The position numbers and the translations under genes were made by a program. Of a stretch of DNA of 64,000 nt, positions 35,761-44,958 are shown piece by piece (the first letter of the stretch is position 1; the number at the start of each line of letters is the position of its first letter). The DNA comes from Aestuariivirgaceae bacterium (lineage in GTDB: Bacteria > Pseudomonadota > Alphaproteobacteria > Rhizobiales > Aestuariivirgaceae): assembly GCA_036555325.1 (NCBI GenBank), contig DATBLQ010000038.1:38623-102622 (forward strand), written 5' to 3'. A model generated the notes under the pieces. It saw only the letters and a list, made by a program, of their open reading frames with translations, was not told where the DNA came from and did no database searches.

Positions 35761-36174
35761 ATGCAGCTCGTGGAAAAGCTCGACGACTACGGAAAACCGG
35801 CCTGGATCGCGGTGATGATCGTGAGTTTCATCATCTTCTGGCCCATTGGCCTCGCAATCCTTCTTTATTTGATATGGAGCGGACGCATGGGATTTTGGAG
35901 AGACGCAGGTAAATATCGTGTTGGCGGACAGACACGCGGCTGCGGTTGGCACAGGGCATTCGGTGGCCCGCCGTCCTCCGGGAATCACGCTTTCGATGAG
36001 TATCGTGCCGAGGCCCTTCGACGGCTTGAAGAGGAACAGAAGGAGTTCACCGAATTTCTGGATCGACTCCGCAAGGCGCGGGACAAGACCGAGTTCGACC
36101 AGTTCATGGCCGAGCGCCAGGCAAGGCGTGATGTTCCCGACACCGGCTCACCGGAACCGAAGCCCGCGGGTTGA
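35761..36174 (+). CDS. DUF2852-family small membrane protein
   Basis: One TM segment (WIAVMIVSFIIFWPIGLAILLYLIW) followed by a charged coiled tail (FDEYRAEALRRLEEEQKEFTEFLDRLRKARDKTEFDQFM). GAGG lies 6 nt before ATG 35761. Confidence 0.75.
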   Translation: MQLVEKLDDYGKPAWIAVMIVSFIIFWPIGLAILLYLIWSGRMGFWRDAGKYRVGGQTRGCGWHRAFGGPPSSGNHAFDEYRAEALRRLEEEQKEFTEFLDRLRKARDKTEFDQFMAERQARRDVPDTGSPEPKPAG

Positions 36175-36230
36175 CATCGCGGATTGTCATGCGCCGGTGA
36201 TCGCTCGCGCATGACGGCAGCACCATCGTC

Positions 36231-36262
36231 ATGGCCGGACCTCGATCCGGCCATCTTCTTTT
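36231..36262 (+). terminator. Rho-independent terminator
   Basis: ATGGCCGGA-cctcga-TCCGGCCAT followed by CTTCTTTT. A second perfect 9-bp hairpin, GTCATGCGC...GCGCATGAC, lies at 36186-36215. Confidence 0.7.
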
Positions 36263-38631
36263 CAGCTGCGGACCCGCTTCTTTTCCGGATCGTAGTGCGG
36301 GAATTTGCTGACGCGGCCAGGCAGGCGCTTCTGATGACCATCAAGCTTGCCTACTTCAACCTCGGTCCCAGGGGTTGAATGAATCAAGTCGATCCGTGCG
36401 AGAGCAATGTTCTTGCCGAGGATGGGCGAGCGGACGCTGCTCGTTACGGTTCCAATCTGTGCGCGGCCGACATGGATGCAATCGCCGCGGCCCACGGCTT
36501 CATTTGAATCGATCTCGAGCCCGACAAGTATGTTTTGCGGATGCTCCTTGCGGCGCAGGAGGGCAGCGCGACCGATAAAATCATCGGGCTTGGTCTTCAG
36601 CGGCACCGTGAAGCCAATACCGGCTTCAAATGGATCGGTTTGATCGGTGAACTCAGAATTGGCGAAAACAAGACCAGCCTCGATGCGGACCATATCGAGC
36701 GCTTCCAGGCCCATGGGCTTTAGACCGTGTTTTTCTCCTGCGGACCATACGGCGTCGAAGAGCTGAACCGCATCCCTGGGATGGCAGAAAATTTCGTACC
36801 CCAGTTCACCGGTATAGCCGGTGCGCGAGACGACAAGTGGTGCTCCCTCGAAATGACCGATCCTGCCGATGGCAAAGCGAAACCAGTCGAGTTCGCCGAT
36901 CGAAGGCTGAGCCGGAGACGTCCAGATGATTTCCTTTAGGATGTCGCGGCTCTTCGGTCCCTGCACCGCAATGTTGTGCAGCTGATCGGTCGAGGAGCGA
37001 ACCCAGGCCCTGAACCCCATCTTCTCGGCTTGTTGCCTCAGCCACAGGCCGCTGTAGTCGATGCCGCCAATCCAGCGAAAGTTGTTTTGCGCCAATCGGA
37101 ACACCGTACCGTCATCGATCATTCCGCCGTGCTCGTAACACATTGCCGTATATGCCACCTGCCCGGTGGACAGCTTGCGCATGTCGCGTGTCACGCAGTA
37201 CTGCATGAGCGGTTCCGCATCCGGCCCGGTGACTTCAAATTTGCGCAATGGCGAAAGATCCATAACCACTGCCCGTTCTCGGCATGCCCAATATTCCTCG
37301 ATTGGTCCTTCATTGTTGAACCGTTGCGGCAGCCAATAGCCTCGATAGTTGGTGAAGTTTCTGGTCAACCGTGAGAACCGCGGGTGGAACGCAGTTTCCC
37401 GGGTAAGCTCTGCTTCTGCATCAGGAGTCATTCGATAGGCCACTGCTCGTGAGAACTTTTCCTCCGCCCCATAGGTGCGCACCTGAATGTCGGTGGGGTT
37501 CCAGCCATTGGCGGCATCGATGTCGTCGGGACAGGCTGAGGAAACACATACCAGATCCGTCAGCGCCCGCATCAAAATGTAGTCGCCGGGTCGCGACCAC
37601 GGTTCATCGAGATAAAGCTGGTTATTCTGGTCGATGTTCGTGTTGTAGAAATAGTTGAGTGCTTCCCAGCCTTTGCGCGGAGCGACACCGAAGGGCAGAA
37701 GAGCCTTGTTGAAATTCTCCGAGCAATTGACATGGCCGGGATAGCCCATGTCGTCGTAGTAGCGCGGGTTGCAGGCGGTAGCGAAGGCGTCGTGCCGCCC
37801 GCACGTATCTTGAACGATCTCAACCAGCGGTTCGAACTCCCGGTCGAAGGCTTTCGAAGGCAGGCCGGGCGTTGGATAACTGCGACCGGTCAGCGTTCGC
37901 GTGATCGTCCAGTCGAGCGAGAGATCCTTCCGCTTATCGAGCTTGCGTACCGCGAAAGCCTGAAAGTCCGAACATTGACGGCCGGAAACGTCGATGACCT
38001 GGATGTACTCGCCGGGCTTGACCACATAGGCGACTGCAGTTGATGCGTTGATGCGGATGTCCTGCAGGGGATCGCGCAACGGTTCCGGCAAAACCTCTTC
38101 GCCTGGGTTGCGGATGCTGCGTCGCTCGATGAAAAGCTCGATCGGTGTAGAGGTTTCCTGCGAGGCCGGGTCCATGGGTGAGCCGGGAGCCGCAACGATG
38201 ACAATGCCGTCACGCGCGACGCGAAACCTTGCCGTGTCACCGGCTGCGGAAGCAGCGCCGAAAATTCGGATCGACTCTGCAGCGGCAAGATCGATGCCGC
38301 GTCGTTTGAGCGCATGCTTGGTGCGCTCGGCACTTTCGCTATTGTTGCCGATAACAGACTTGAGGCCTTCCGCACGGTTGGTTGCCCTTTCGCCCAACAC
38401 CGTGGCGTCGAATCGGCCGCTCTTGTCCGCGTGCGCGATCTCGCAGGGTTGTTGTCCCTCGACATCCCTGACAACGAGTGTATCGCCAGCTTCCACGGCA
38501 ACGACAATCGAACCGCCGCCGGAAATTCGATACCGCTCCGTTCCCGGCGGCAGGGTCGGAATGCCGGGCCGCAAGATGACGCTTGGCCGAGCCTGCAAGG
38601 ACCCAGGAAAGGGGCGTGGCGTATCGAGCAT
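36262..38631 (-). CDS. Fusion protein: two DUF1989-like modules plus a GcvT-type aminomethyltransferase (folate-binding) domain
   Basis: The C-terminal ~400 aa carry GcvT motifs (VVMDLSPLRKFEVTGPDA, SRTGYTGELGYEIF, ALDMVRIEAG). The N-terminal ~400 aa contain two copies of the DUF1989-type strand motif (VAVEAGDTLVVRDVEGQQPCEI and YVVKPGEYIQVIDVSGRQCSDFQAF). ATG 38631 gives MLDTPRP. Confidence 0.85.
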   Translation of the reverse strand: MLDTPRPFPGSLQARPSVILRPGIPTLPPGTERYRISGGGSIVVAVEAGDTLVVRDVEGQQPCEIAHADKSGRFDATVLGERATNRAEGLKSVIGNNSESAERTKHALKRRGIDLAAAESIRIFGAASAAGDTARFRVARDGIVIVAAPGSPMDPASQETSTPIELFIERRSIRNPGEEVLPEPLRDPLQDIRINASTAVAYVVKPGEYIQVIDVSGRQCSDFQAFAVRKLDKRKDLSLDWTITRTLTGRSYPTPGLPSKAFDREFEPLVEIVQDTCGRHDAFATACNPRYYDDMGYPGHVNCSENFNKALLPFGVAPRKGWEALNYFYNTNIDQNNQLYLDEPWSRPGDYILMRALTDLVCVSSACPDDIDAANGWNPTDIQVRTYGAEEKFSRAVAYRMTPDAEAELTRETAFHPRFSRLTRNFTNYRGYWLPQRFNNEGPIEEYWACRERAVVMDLSPLRKFEVTGPDAEPLMQYCVTRDMRKLSTGQVAYTAMCYEHGGMIDDGTVFRLAQNNFRWIGGIDYSGLWLRQQAEKMGFRAWVRSSTDQLHNIAVQGPKSRDILKEIIWTSPAQPSIGELDWFRFAIGRIGHFEGAPLVVSRTGYTGELGYEIFCHPRDAVQLFDAVWSAGEKHGLKPMGLEALDMVRIEAGLVFANSEFTDQTDPFEAGIGFTVPLKTKPDDFIGRAALLRRKEHPQNILVGLEIDSNEAVGRGDCIHVGRAQIGTVTSSVRSPILGKNIALARIDLIHSTPGTEVEVGKLDGHQKRLPGRVSKFPHYDPEKKRVRS

Positions 38632-38760
38632 TAGTGGCTCCCCAATAGGGCAACATAAGCTGGATTGGCGCAACGTAAGGGAGGGTTACCAACAAATCAA
38701 GGAAATGGTCCCCTTTGGAATCTCGTGCTATTTGACTGCTCCTTAGGGACTTGCGAGCAG

Positions 38761-39243
38761 ATGACCACCGCCATTAACCCCTACGAATTTCGCCGCGCGC
38801 TTGGTTCATTTCTCACGGGCGTGACTATCATCACCACCCGCGATCATCGGGGAGAACTCATCGGGAATACGGCGAATTCCTTCAATTCCGTATCCCTCGA
38901 ACCGCCTCTAATTTTGTGGAGTCTTGGCCGTCACGCTCACAGCATGCGAGTCTACCTGTCCTGCGAATTCTTCGCCGTCAACATACTGCGCGAAGGACAA
39001 GAGGAGCTTTCCACCCGCTTTGCAAAGCAGCTCATCAACAAGTGGGAGGGCATCGACTACGAAATCGGGAAAACGGGATGTCCGATTTTGCCAAGCGCCC
39101 TTGCGGTGTTTGAATGCAAGATCGTGCACACCTATGTGGGTGGAGATCACGTCATCTTCGTGGGTGAGGTGATCCACGCCGACTATGACCCCGCTGGCAA
39201 GCCGCTGGGGTTCTTTCGTGGCGGGTATTCGAAAATCGGCTAG
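38761..39243 (+). CDS. Flavin reductase-domain protein (NAD(P)H:flavin oxidoreductase)
   Basis: FRRALGSFLTGVTIITT...NSFNSVSLEPPLILWSL is the typical flavin_reduct domain. ATG at 38761. Confidence 0.85.
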   Translation: MTTAINPYEFRRALGSFLTGVTIITTRDHRGELIGNTANSFNSVSLEPPLILWSLGRHAHSMRVYLSCEFFAVNILREGQEELSTRFAKQLINKWEGIDYEIGKTGCPILPSALAVFECKIVHTYVGGDHVIFVGEVIHADYDPAGKPLGFFRGGYSKIG

Positions 39244-39953
39244 GTCTCGCCCAAATAATCCCGTAGCGCTGGGATATCGCGGGATTTGAACAGCTCTTCC
39301 GTCTTGCGTTTTGCCAGAATTCGACCCCGATGGATGAAGGCGGTATGGCTGGCTGCCACCTTCGCATCGAGGGGGTCGTGCGTCACCAGCAGTATGGTAA
39401 GGCCAAGTTCGACCTGCAATTCTTTGACGAGTTCAATCATCTCCTTTTTCAGTGCGGGACCGAGCGCAGCGAAAGGCTCATCAAGCAGCAGCAACGGCTT
39501 TCTGCGCACCAGAATGCGGGCAAGCGCGGCGCGCTGGCGCTCACCGCCCGAGAGCTCTCCGGGCAGGCGCGCCGCGTATGAGGTGAGACCGACGCGGCCA
39601 ATCGCCGTTGCCACGACCTTGCGCTGCTCGTCGTTGAGTTTGGCCGAGGGCGAAATGCCAAGCGCAACATTGGTAAAGACGTCAAGGTGAGCGAACAGAT
39701 TATTGTCTTGGAAAAGGATCGAAAGCGGCCGGTCCGCCGGCCGCCAGGTGCTGATATCCGTTCCCTCCCAAACTACTCTGCCGGCGAGCGGCTTCTCAAA
39801 GCCGGCAATGAGTGAAAGCAGCGTCGATTTACCGGCGCCGCTCGGACCCATCACTGCAACGAACTCGCCCCGCTCAACGTCCAGATCGAAGCACATCTGC
39901 ATATCTTCGTAGCGGAAGGTGAGGGCAACGATCTGCAGAACTGCATTCGTCAT
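39240..39953 (-). CDS. thiQ: Thiamine ABC transporter ATP-binding protein
   Basis: Walker A GPSGAGKST, signature LSGGERQRAALARIL, Walker B LLLDEPFAALG. About 237 aa with no extra domain. Third gene after thiB-thiP, downstream of a TPP riboswitch. Confidence 0.85.
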   Translation of the reverse strand: MTNAVLQIVALTFRYEDMQMCFDLDVERGEFVAVMGPSGAGKSTLLSLIAGFEKPLAGRVVWEGTDISTWRPADRPLSILFQDNNLFAHLDVFTNVALGISPSAKLNDEQRKVVATAIGRVGLTSYAARLPGELSGGERQRAALARILVRRKPLLLLDEPFAALGPALKKEMIELVKELQVELGLTILLVTHDPLDAKVAASHTAFIHRGRILAKRKTEELFKSRDIPALRDYLGET

Positions 39954-41560
39954 GCAGGGGGCCTGGTAGCGAATAACATCTTTCTCTCAATCAGCAAGGA
40001 AAGAGCAAGGCACAAAAGCAGGAGAATGAGTGCAACGCCGGCAGCATCGTTGAACCTGTAACTCCCGATCCGCTGGTAGAGGAGCAGGGGTAAAGTGATC
40101 AACCGCTCGCTACCAAAAAAAGCTATGACGCCAAACTCGCCAAGCGAGATGAGGACCGTAGCCAGAAACGCCAGCGCAAAGGAGGGCTTGAGCGTTGGCC
40201 ACTCGATGAGTCGGAAGCGCGAAAAGCCTCTCATGCCCAGACTCGCAGCCAGCCTCTCGTGAGTCTCAAAGGATGTACGAAAGGCCGGCTCGAGCACCGG
40301 AAGCGCAAAGGGGAGGGCCATCATTGCGTTTATGATAATCACGGCGAAAAGGGCAGATTTCTGCGGGTCGAAGTTCTGATGCACGATGAGGAACGCTCCC
40401 GCAGCAAGAATAAGTGGCGGAATAAGCAGCACCAGATTCCCCGCCAACCGGAAAACACTTGCACGACGTGCGTCGGAGCGGGCGATCGCCTGTGCCAAGG
40501 TTGCCGCGGCAGTTGTCGCCAGCAACGCTGCCGTCAGGGCGATAACCGTACTCCAGCCTGCTGCGCGCCATAAGGTTTGGTCGCCAAGTAGCCGACCGAA
40601 GTCTGCTCCAAGACCATCGCTCAAAACAGCGCCTATCGGCATTGCCACAAACAGGCCGCCCAGAAGTATCGCCAGCGCATCGAACAGCCGACCGTGGCTG
40701 TCGTCGCCGTCCGGACGCATGACAGATATCCTCAGCCTTGGGGGAGTGGCCACGCTCACGGAGAACCTCTGCAGGAGGAGCAGCAATAGTGCGCACAGGG
40801 CAATCTGCAGGCCGGCCAGACGAGCAGCGAGGGCAGGATCGAAATCGAAGCGAAGCGCCTGATAGATCGCCACCTCCAAAGTTGTGGCCTGGGGCCCCCC
40901 GCCAAGCGTCAAAACGATGGTAAAGCTCGTCACGCACAGCATGAAAATCAATGAAAAGACACCCGGCAGCGCCAAGCGCATATTCGGCCATTCGAGATGA
41001 CGGAAATAGTCCACAGGGCGGAAGCCGAGACTGGCGGCAAGACGCCAGTTCTCCTGCGGAACGGTTTCGAGCCGTGCCAGCAAGAATCTCACGGCCATGG
41101 GAAAATTGAAGAAGACGTGCGCCAGCAGGATTCCCTTGAGGCCGAATACAGCGGGGAGCAACGGCAGCGCGGCTGCCGCCAGTAAGTCATTCAGCAAGCC
41201 TTCTTTTCCGTACACTGAGATGATGCCCAGGACCGCGATGAGCTGGGGAAGGCCAAGCGGTACGGCAAACAGCTTGAGCAACAGTTCACGGCCGGGAAAG
41301 TGCTGACGCTTTGCCAGTGCCCGAGCCACGGGAATGGCCAGGGCGGCCGATAGAACGGCCGACAGGGTTGCTTGCATCAGGGTAAAGCGGAGAATGCCGA
41401 GGATGTAGGGCTCGAACAGCGACATCGCGCCTGGTGAATCAAATGACGTTGCCAATCGCAGCAACGGCACCACCGCGATAGCGGCAATCGCGAACGTTAC
41501 CACCCAGGCTGCGACAATGGCGGTTCGATGACCGTCTACTGGCTCGTCGCGTTGAGCCAT
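39950..41560 (-). CDS. thiP: Thiamine ABC transporter permease (duplicated 12-TM type)
   Basis: About 536 aa with two permease halves, each with an EAA-type loop ([19 protein letters not shown] and [19 protein letters not shown]). The ATG at 41560 is preferred over the track's TTG at 41572. Confidence 0.85.
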   Translation of the reverse strand: MAQRDEPVDGHRTAIVAAWVVTFAIAAIAVVPLLRLATSFDSPGAMSLFEPYILGILRFTLMQATLSAVLSAALAIPVARALAKRQHFPGRELLLKLFAVPLGLPQLIAVLGIISVYGKEGLLNDLLAAAALPLLPAVFGLKGILLAHVFFNFPMAVRFLLARLETVPQENWRLAASLGFRPVDYFRHLEWPNMRLALPGVFSLIFMLCVTSFTIVLTLGGGPQATTLEVAIYQALRFDFDPALAARLAGLQIALCALLLLLLQRFSVSVATPPRLRISVMRPDGDDSHGRLFDALAILLGGLFVAMPIGAVLSDGLGADFGRLLGDQTLWRAAGWSTVIALTAALLATTAAATLAQAIARSDARRASVFRLAGNLVLLIPPLILAAGAFLIVHQNFDPQKSALFAVIIINAMMALPFALPVLEPAFRTSFETHERLAASLGMRGFSRFRLIEWPTLKPSFALAFLATVLISLGEFGVIAFFGSERLITLPLLLYQRIGSYRFNDAAGVALILLLLCLALSLLIERKMLFATRPPA

Positions 41561-42528
41561 TCGTCTGTCCAAGCCTTGCGATTGCGGGCAACCGTCTCGG
41601 GATCAAGCATCAAACTTTTCTCGGGTTTGATGAGCAAATCGAACGCCTTCGGCAGAGGCTTCGATGTTTTTCCCGCCGGCCACATCCAGTTGGAGGTCGG
41701 AATTACGTCCTGGAAACCCGGCTGCAGCATGAAATCCATGAACTTGCGGGCGAGCTTTTGGTTTTTTGAACTTTGGATCATGCCGGCGACTTCGATCTGA
41801 ACATAGTGGCCTTCGGAAAATTTGGCGGCCTTGTAGCGGTCGGTTTTCTCTTCGATCATGTGATAGGCGGGCGAAGTGGTATAGCTCAGCACCATCGGCG
41901 CTTCGCCCTTGGTGAACAGGCCATATGCCTCGCTCCATCCAGGCGTTACGGTAAGAATGCGCGGTCGCAAAGTTTTCCACGCCTCGCTGGCCCTGTCGCC
42001 AAAAACGACCTTCATCCACAGGAGAAGACCCAATCCGGGCGTCGATGTCCGAGGGTCTTCAATTATGATTTTCTCCTTTGCACCTCCTTCGACAAGTTCG
42101 GCAAGGCTTTCCGGTGGCTTCTTGAGGCTGTCGCTGTCGTAGACAAATGCGAAGTGGCCATAGTCGTAGGGCATGAATACGTCGTCGGTCCAGCCTGGTG
42201 CCGAATGTCCTGCCGGGTCCAACCCATGGGGGGCAAAAAGCTTCAGGGCCTTCGCTTCTGCGACGAGATTCGTATCAAGACCCAACACCACGTCGGCCGC
42301 GGTGGAAGCTCCTTCAAGCTTGAGACGATTGAGAATTGCCACTCCGTCCTGGATGGCAACGAATTTGACGGTGCAGCCGCACTGCTTCTCGAAATTGGAT
42401 TTGATCTTCGGCCCCGGACCCCAATCCGTGACGAAGCTTTCATAGGTGTAGATCGTAAGAGTACCGGCGGCCGCCGACAGGCACATCAGCCATAAGATCA
42501 GTGCAGTCAGCGACAGAAAGCGGGTCAT
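41536..42528 (-). CDS. thiB: Thiamine/TPP ABC transporter periplasmic binding protein
   Basis: Signal peptide [22 protein letters not shown], a PotD/iron-type SBP fold, and a position directly downstream of the TPP riboswitch. GGAGG lies 9 nt before ATG 42528. Confidence 0.85.
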   Translation of the reverse strand: MTRFLSLTALILWLMCLSAAAGTLTIYTYESFVTDWGPGPKIKSNFEKQCGCTVKFVAIQDGVAILNRLKLEGASTAADVVLGLDTNLVAEAKALKLFAPHGLDPAGHSAPGWTDDVFMPYDYGHFAFVYDSDSLKKPPESLAELVEGGAKEKIIIEDPRTSTPGLGLLLWMKVVFGDRASEAWKTLRPRILTVTPGWSEAYGLFTKGEAPMVLSYTTSPAYHMIEEKTDRYKAAKFSEGHYVQIEVAGMIQSSKNQKLARKFMDFMLQPGFQDVIPTSNWMWPAGKTSKPLPKAFDLLIKPEKSLMLDPETVARNRKAWTDEWLNATSQ

Positions 42529-42579
42529 ATGAGTCATCCTCCATGCTTGGTCATGTCGGATGAAGTTGGCGGGCTTGAG

Positions 42580-42672
42580 CTCCCAATCCCTCCGCCGGCA
42601 TGATCCGGATCAGGTTCGTCGGGTTGGTGCATCAGCACCTCTCAGCCCTGCTGGGCACCCCGTAAGAGTGTC
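42580..42672 (-). promoter_or_regulatory. TPP (THI-box) riboswitch
   Basis: The minus strand reads GGGGTGCCCAGCAGGGCTGAGAGGTGCTGATGCACCAACCCGACGAACCTGATCCGGATCATGCCGGCGGAGGGA. It contains the invariant CTGAGA, ACCTGATCCGGATCATGCCGGCG and GGGA elements. Confidence 0.9.
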
Positions 42673-42756
42673 CTAAATCTAGAAACGGAAGGCCGTCGTT
42701 GCAAGCACAAATGCCCGCTTCTGGTCTTTGAGGCCGAACTGGGCTAGGGCAAGGCC

Positions 42757-43404
42757 ATGACGGCATTCACAATACTCCTTAACGGGCCAATCAAAGTGAC
42801 GCGCAGGCTCAAGGAGCAAGCAAGCGGAAGTCGTGCCATTGCCGCGGACGCCGGCATTGCTCATGCGGGGCCGCTGGGCCTCAAGGTTGAACTCTGGGTC
42901 GGCGATTTCGATTCGACAACCAAAGTCTTGGCGGCGCTTCATGAGCAAGTTCCGCGACAAACGTTCCCGGTCGCGAAAGACAAGACCGACGGCGAACTCG
43001 CTGCCGAAGAAGCGCTTAAGCGTGGTGCAACCTCGCTGCTTCTCGTGGGCAGCTTCGGAGGCCAGGCAGATCATGCGCTTGGTCACTCCGCCTTGGCATT
43101 GAAATTGGTCCGCGCCGGCGTGAGAACCGTACTGACGAGCGGGGAAGAGGAAGCCCATCCTGTTCTTCCGGGAAAAACAGAGCTCGACCTGCCAAGCGAC
43201 AGCAGGCTCAGCCTTATCGCCTTGGCGGATCTTTCCGGTCTTACCTTACGAGGAACGCACTGGACGTTGGATAAGGCCGAAATTGAGCTGGGCAGCACAC
43301 GGACGATCTCCAACATAACCACTGGAAAGGTGGAGATTGTTCTTGCTTCCGGCTATGGCATGCTGATTGTCTATCCCAAGGCCGACTTAGCGCATGAAGA
43401 ATAG
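42757..43404 (+). CDS. thiN: Thiamine pyrophosphokinase
   Basis: 215 aa, with the GDFDS catalytic motif and a C-terminal thiamine-binding beta domain. Divergent from thiB. Confidence 0.8.
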   Translation: MTAFTILLNGPIKVTRRLKEQASGSRAIAADAGIAHAGPLGLKVELWVGDFDSTTKVLAALHEQVPRQTFPVAKDKTDGELAAEEALKRGATSLLLVGSFGGQADHALGHSALALKLVRAGVRTVLTSGEEEAHPVLPGKTELDLPSDSRLSLIALADLSGLTLRGTHWTLDKAEIELGSTRTISNITTGKVEIVLASGYGMLIVYPKADLAHEE

Positions 43405-44266
43405 GGATTTATCGAAACCGTGGGTCACGGTTTTGTTTTGGACAATCTGGCACAGCATTCGGCTTCTGCCTTTGCCCGTCGCATCGGCGGTGCTTTCAAC
43501 ATTCATGGAGGTTTTTTCCGCCCGTGTTACTCGTCAGTCGGCAATCGTAGATAATCTCAGCAAGGCATTTCCGGAAATGCCTGCGCAGAAAGTTTACAAA
43601 ATCGCAAGGAAAGCAAGTGGTCATTTGGGTGTAGTTGCGGCGGAGCTCTGTCACATCGAGCGCTTTCTTGGCGGATCGGCGAAGGGCATTTTTACTTACG
43701 ACGGGAGTCACCAGCTTGAGCTCGCCAAGAAAGGTCCGGTAATTTTCGTTGGCCCACACCAAGGAAATTGGGAGTTGGTGCCGATCCTCGGCACGGAGCA
43801 TGGTATCAAGATCACCAGTATCTATGCACGATTTGGAAATGCCCTCATCGATCGCACCATCTTTGCTCAGCGCCAGAAGACAGGGGCCAGCTATGTGGAG
43901 AAAAGACGCGCGGTCCGGGCGCTGATGAAGGCGCTGGAAAGCGGTGAGTCACTCGCTTTCCTGATGGACCAAAGAGTGCGGTCCGGCGTGCGGGTTAAAT
44001 TTTTCGGCAGAGATACGCCCATGACGCCGGTTCCGGCGCGACTAGCGATTCGCTATCAGTGCCCGATCGTACCGGCGGATATAGAAAAACGTCGCGACGG
44101 GACCTATCACGTGACCTTTCACTCGCCCATCTATCCTCCGGCGCAAGGAGGATGGGAGGCTGAGAGGGAGATGACGCAATTGGCTGCCAAACAACTGGAG
44201 CAGACCATCCGCCGGGCGCCGGAAACCTGGTTTTGCAACAAAAGGCGCTGGCCCGACGGGAAATGA
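43394..44266 (+). CDS. Lysophospholipid/lipid A acyltransferase (LpxL/HtrB family)
   Basis: N-terminal TM segment and the acyltransferase motif VGPHQGNWELV. 290 aa. Confidence 0.8.
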   Translation: MKNRDLSKPWVTVLFWTIWHSIRLLPLPVASAVLSTFMEVFSARVTRQSAIVDNLSKAFPEMPAQKVYKIARKASGHLGVVAAELCHIERFLGGSAKGIFTYDGSHQLELAKKGPVIFVGPHQGNWELVPILGTEHGIKITSIYARFGNALIDRTIFAQRQKTGASYVEKRRAVRALMKALESGESLAFLMDQRVRSGVRVKFFGRDTPMTPVPARLAIRYQCPIVPADIEKRRDGTYHVTFHSPIYPPAQGGWEAEREMTQLAAKQLEQTIRRAPETWFCNKRRWPDGK

Positions 44267-44270
44267 TCGA

Positions 44271-44843
44271 CTAGTCCTTCGCACGCTCAACATAGGAGCC
44301 GTCGTCGGTCATGACGACTATTCGCGTCCCCGCGGTCACATGCGGAGGGACCATGGTCCGCACGCCATTGGACAGTGAAGCCGGCTTGAATGAGGACGAG
44401 GCCGTTTGCCCGCGGACAACAGGCTCGGTATCAACGACCTCCAAAACCACCCGCTGCGGCAGCTCGATCGAGATCGGCACGCCGTTGTGCAGACTGATCT
44501 GAACCTCCATGTTCTCAGCAAGATAGATGGCCTGGTCGCCCATCATGTCGGAGTCCAGCGACAATTGCTCAAAACTGGTGGGATCCATGAAGACGTAATG
44601 ATCGCCATCCTGGTAGAGATAGTTGAAGGGTTTCGATTCGACGTAGGCGCGCTCGACCGTGTCTGTTGTCTTGTGGCGCTCGTTAACCTTCACTCCGTCG
44701 CTGATGCGGCGCATCTCAACCTGCGTCACGGGAGTACCTTTACCGGGGTGAAAATTTTCGGCACTGAGAACGACATAAAGTCGACCTTGTTCATCCTCGA
44801 CGATGTTGCCTTTGCGCAAGCTGCTGGCGATGACTTTAGCCAA
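44271..44843 (-). CDS. efp: Elongation factor P
   Basis: (M)[45 protein letters not shown]... is near-canonical rhizobial EF-P. The inferred start is TTG at 44843 (AAGGGGA upstream), giving 190 aa. The track ATG at 44972 would add 43 non-homologous residues. Confidence 0.95.
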   Translation of the reverse strand: MAKVIASSLRKGNIVEDEQGRLYVVLSAENFHPGKGTPVTQVEMRRISDGVKVNERHKTTDTVERAYVESKPFNYLYQDGDHYVFMDPTSFEQLSLDSDMMGDQAIYLAENMEVQISLHNGVPISIELPQRVVLEVVDTEPVVRGQTASSSFKPASLSNGVRTMVPPHVTAGTRIVVMTDDGSYVERAKD

Positions 44844-44958
44844 TCCTATCCCCTTCGTCAGGAGCGGCTGGAGACCGCATGATATCTGGCAGGTGATGGT
44901 CTCATAGCAGGGGCAATCTGAAAGGCCAAGGCGTAACGAAGCCCTATGGAGGGACGCT

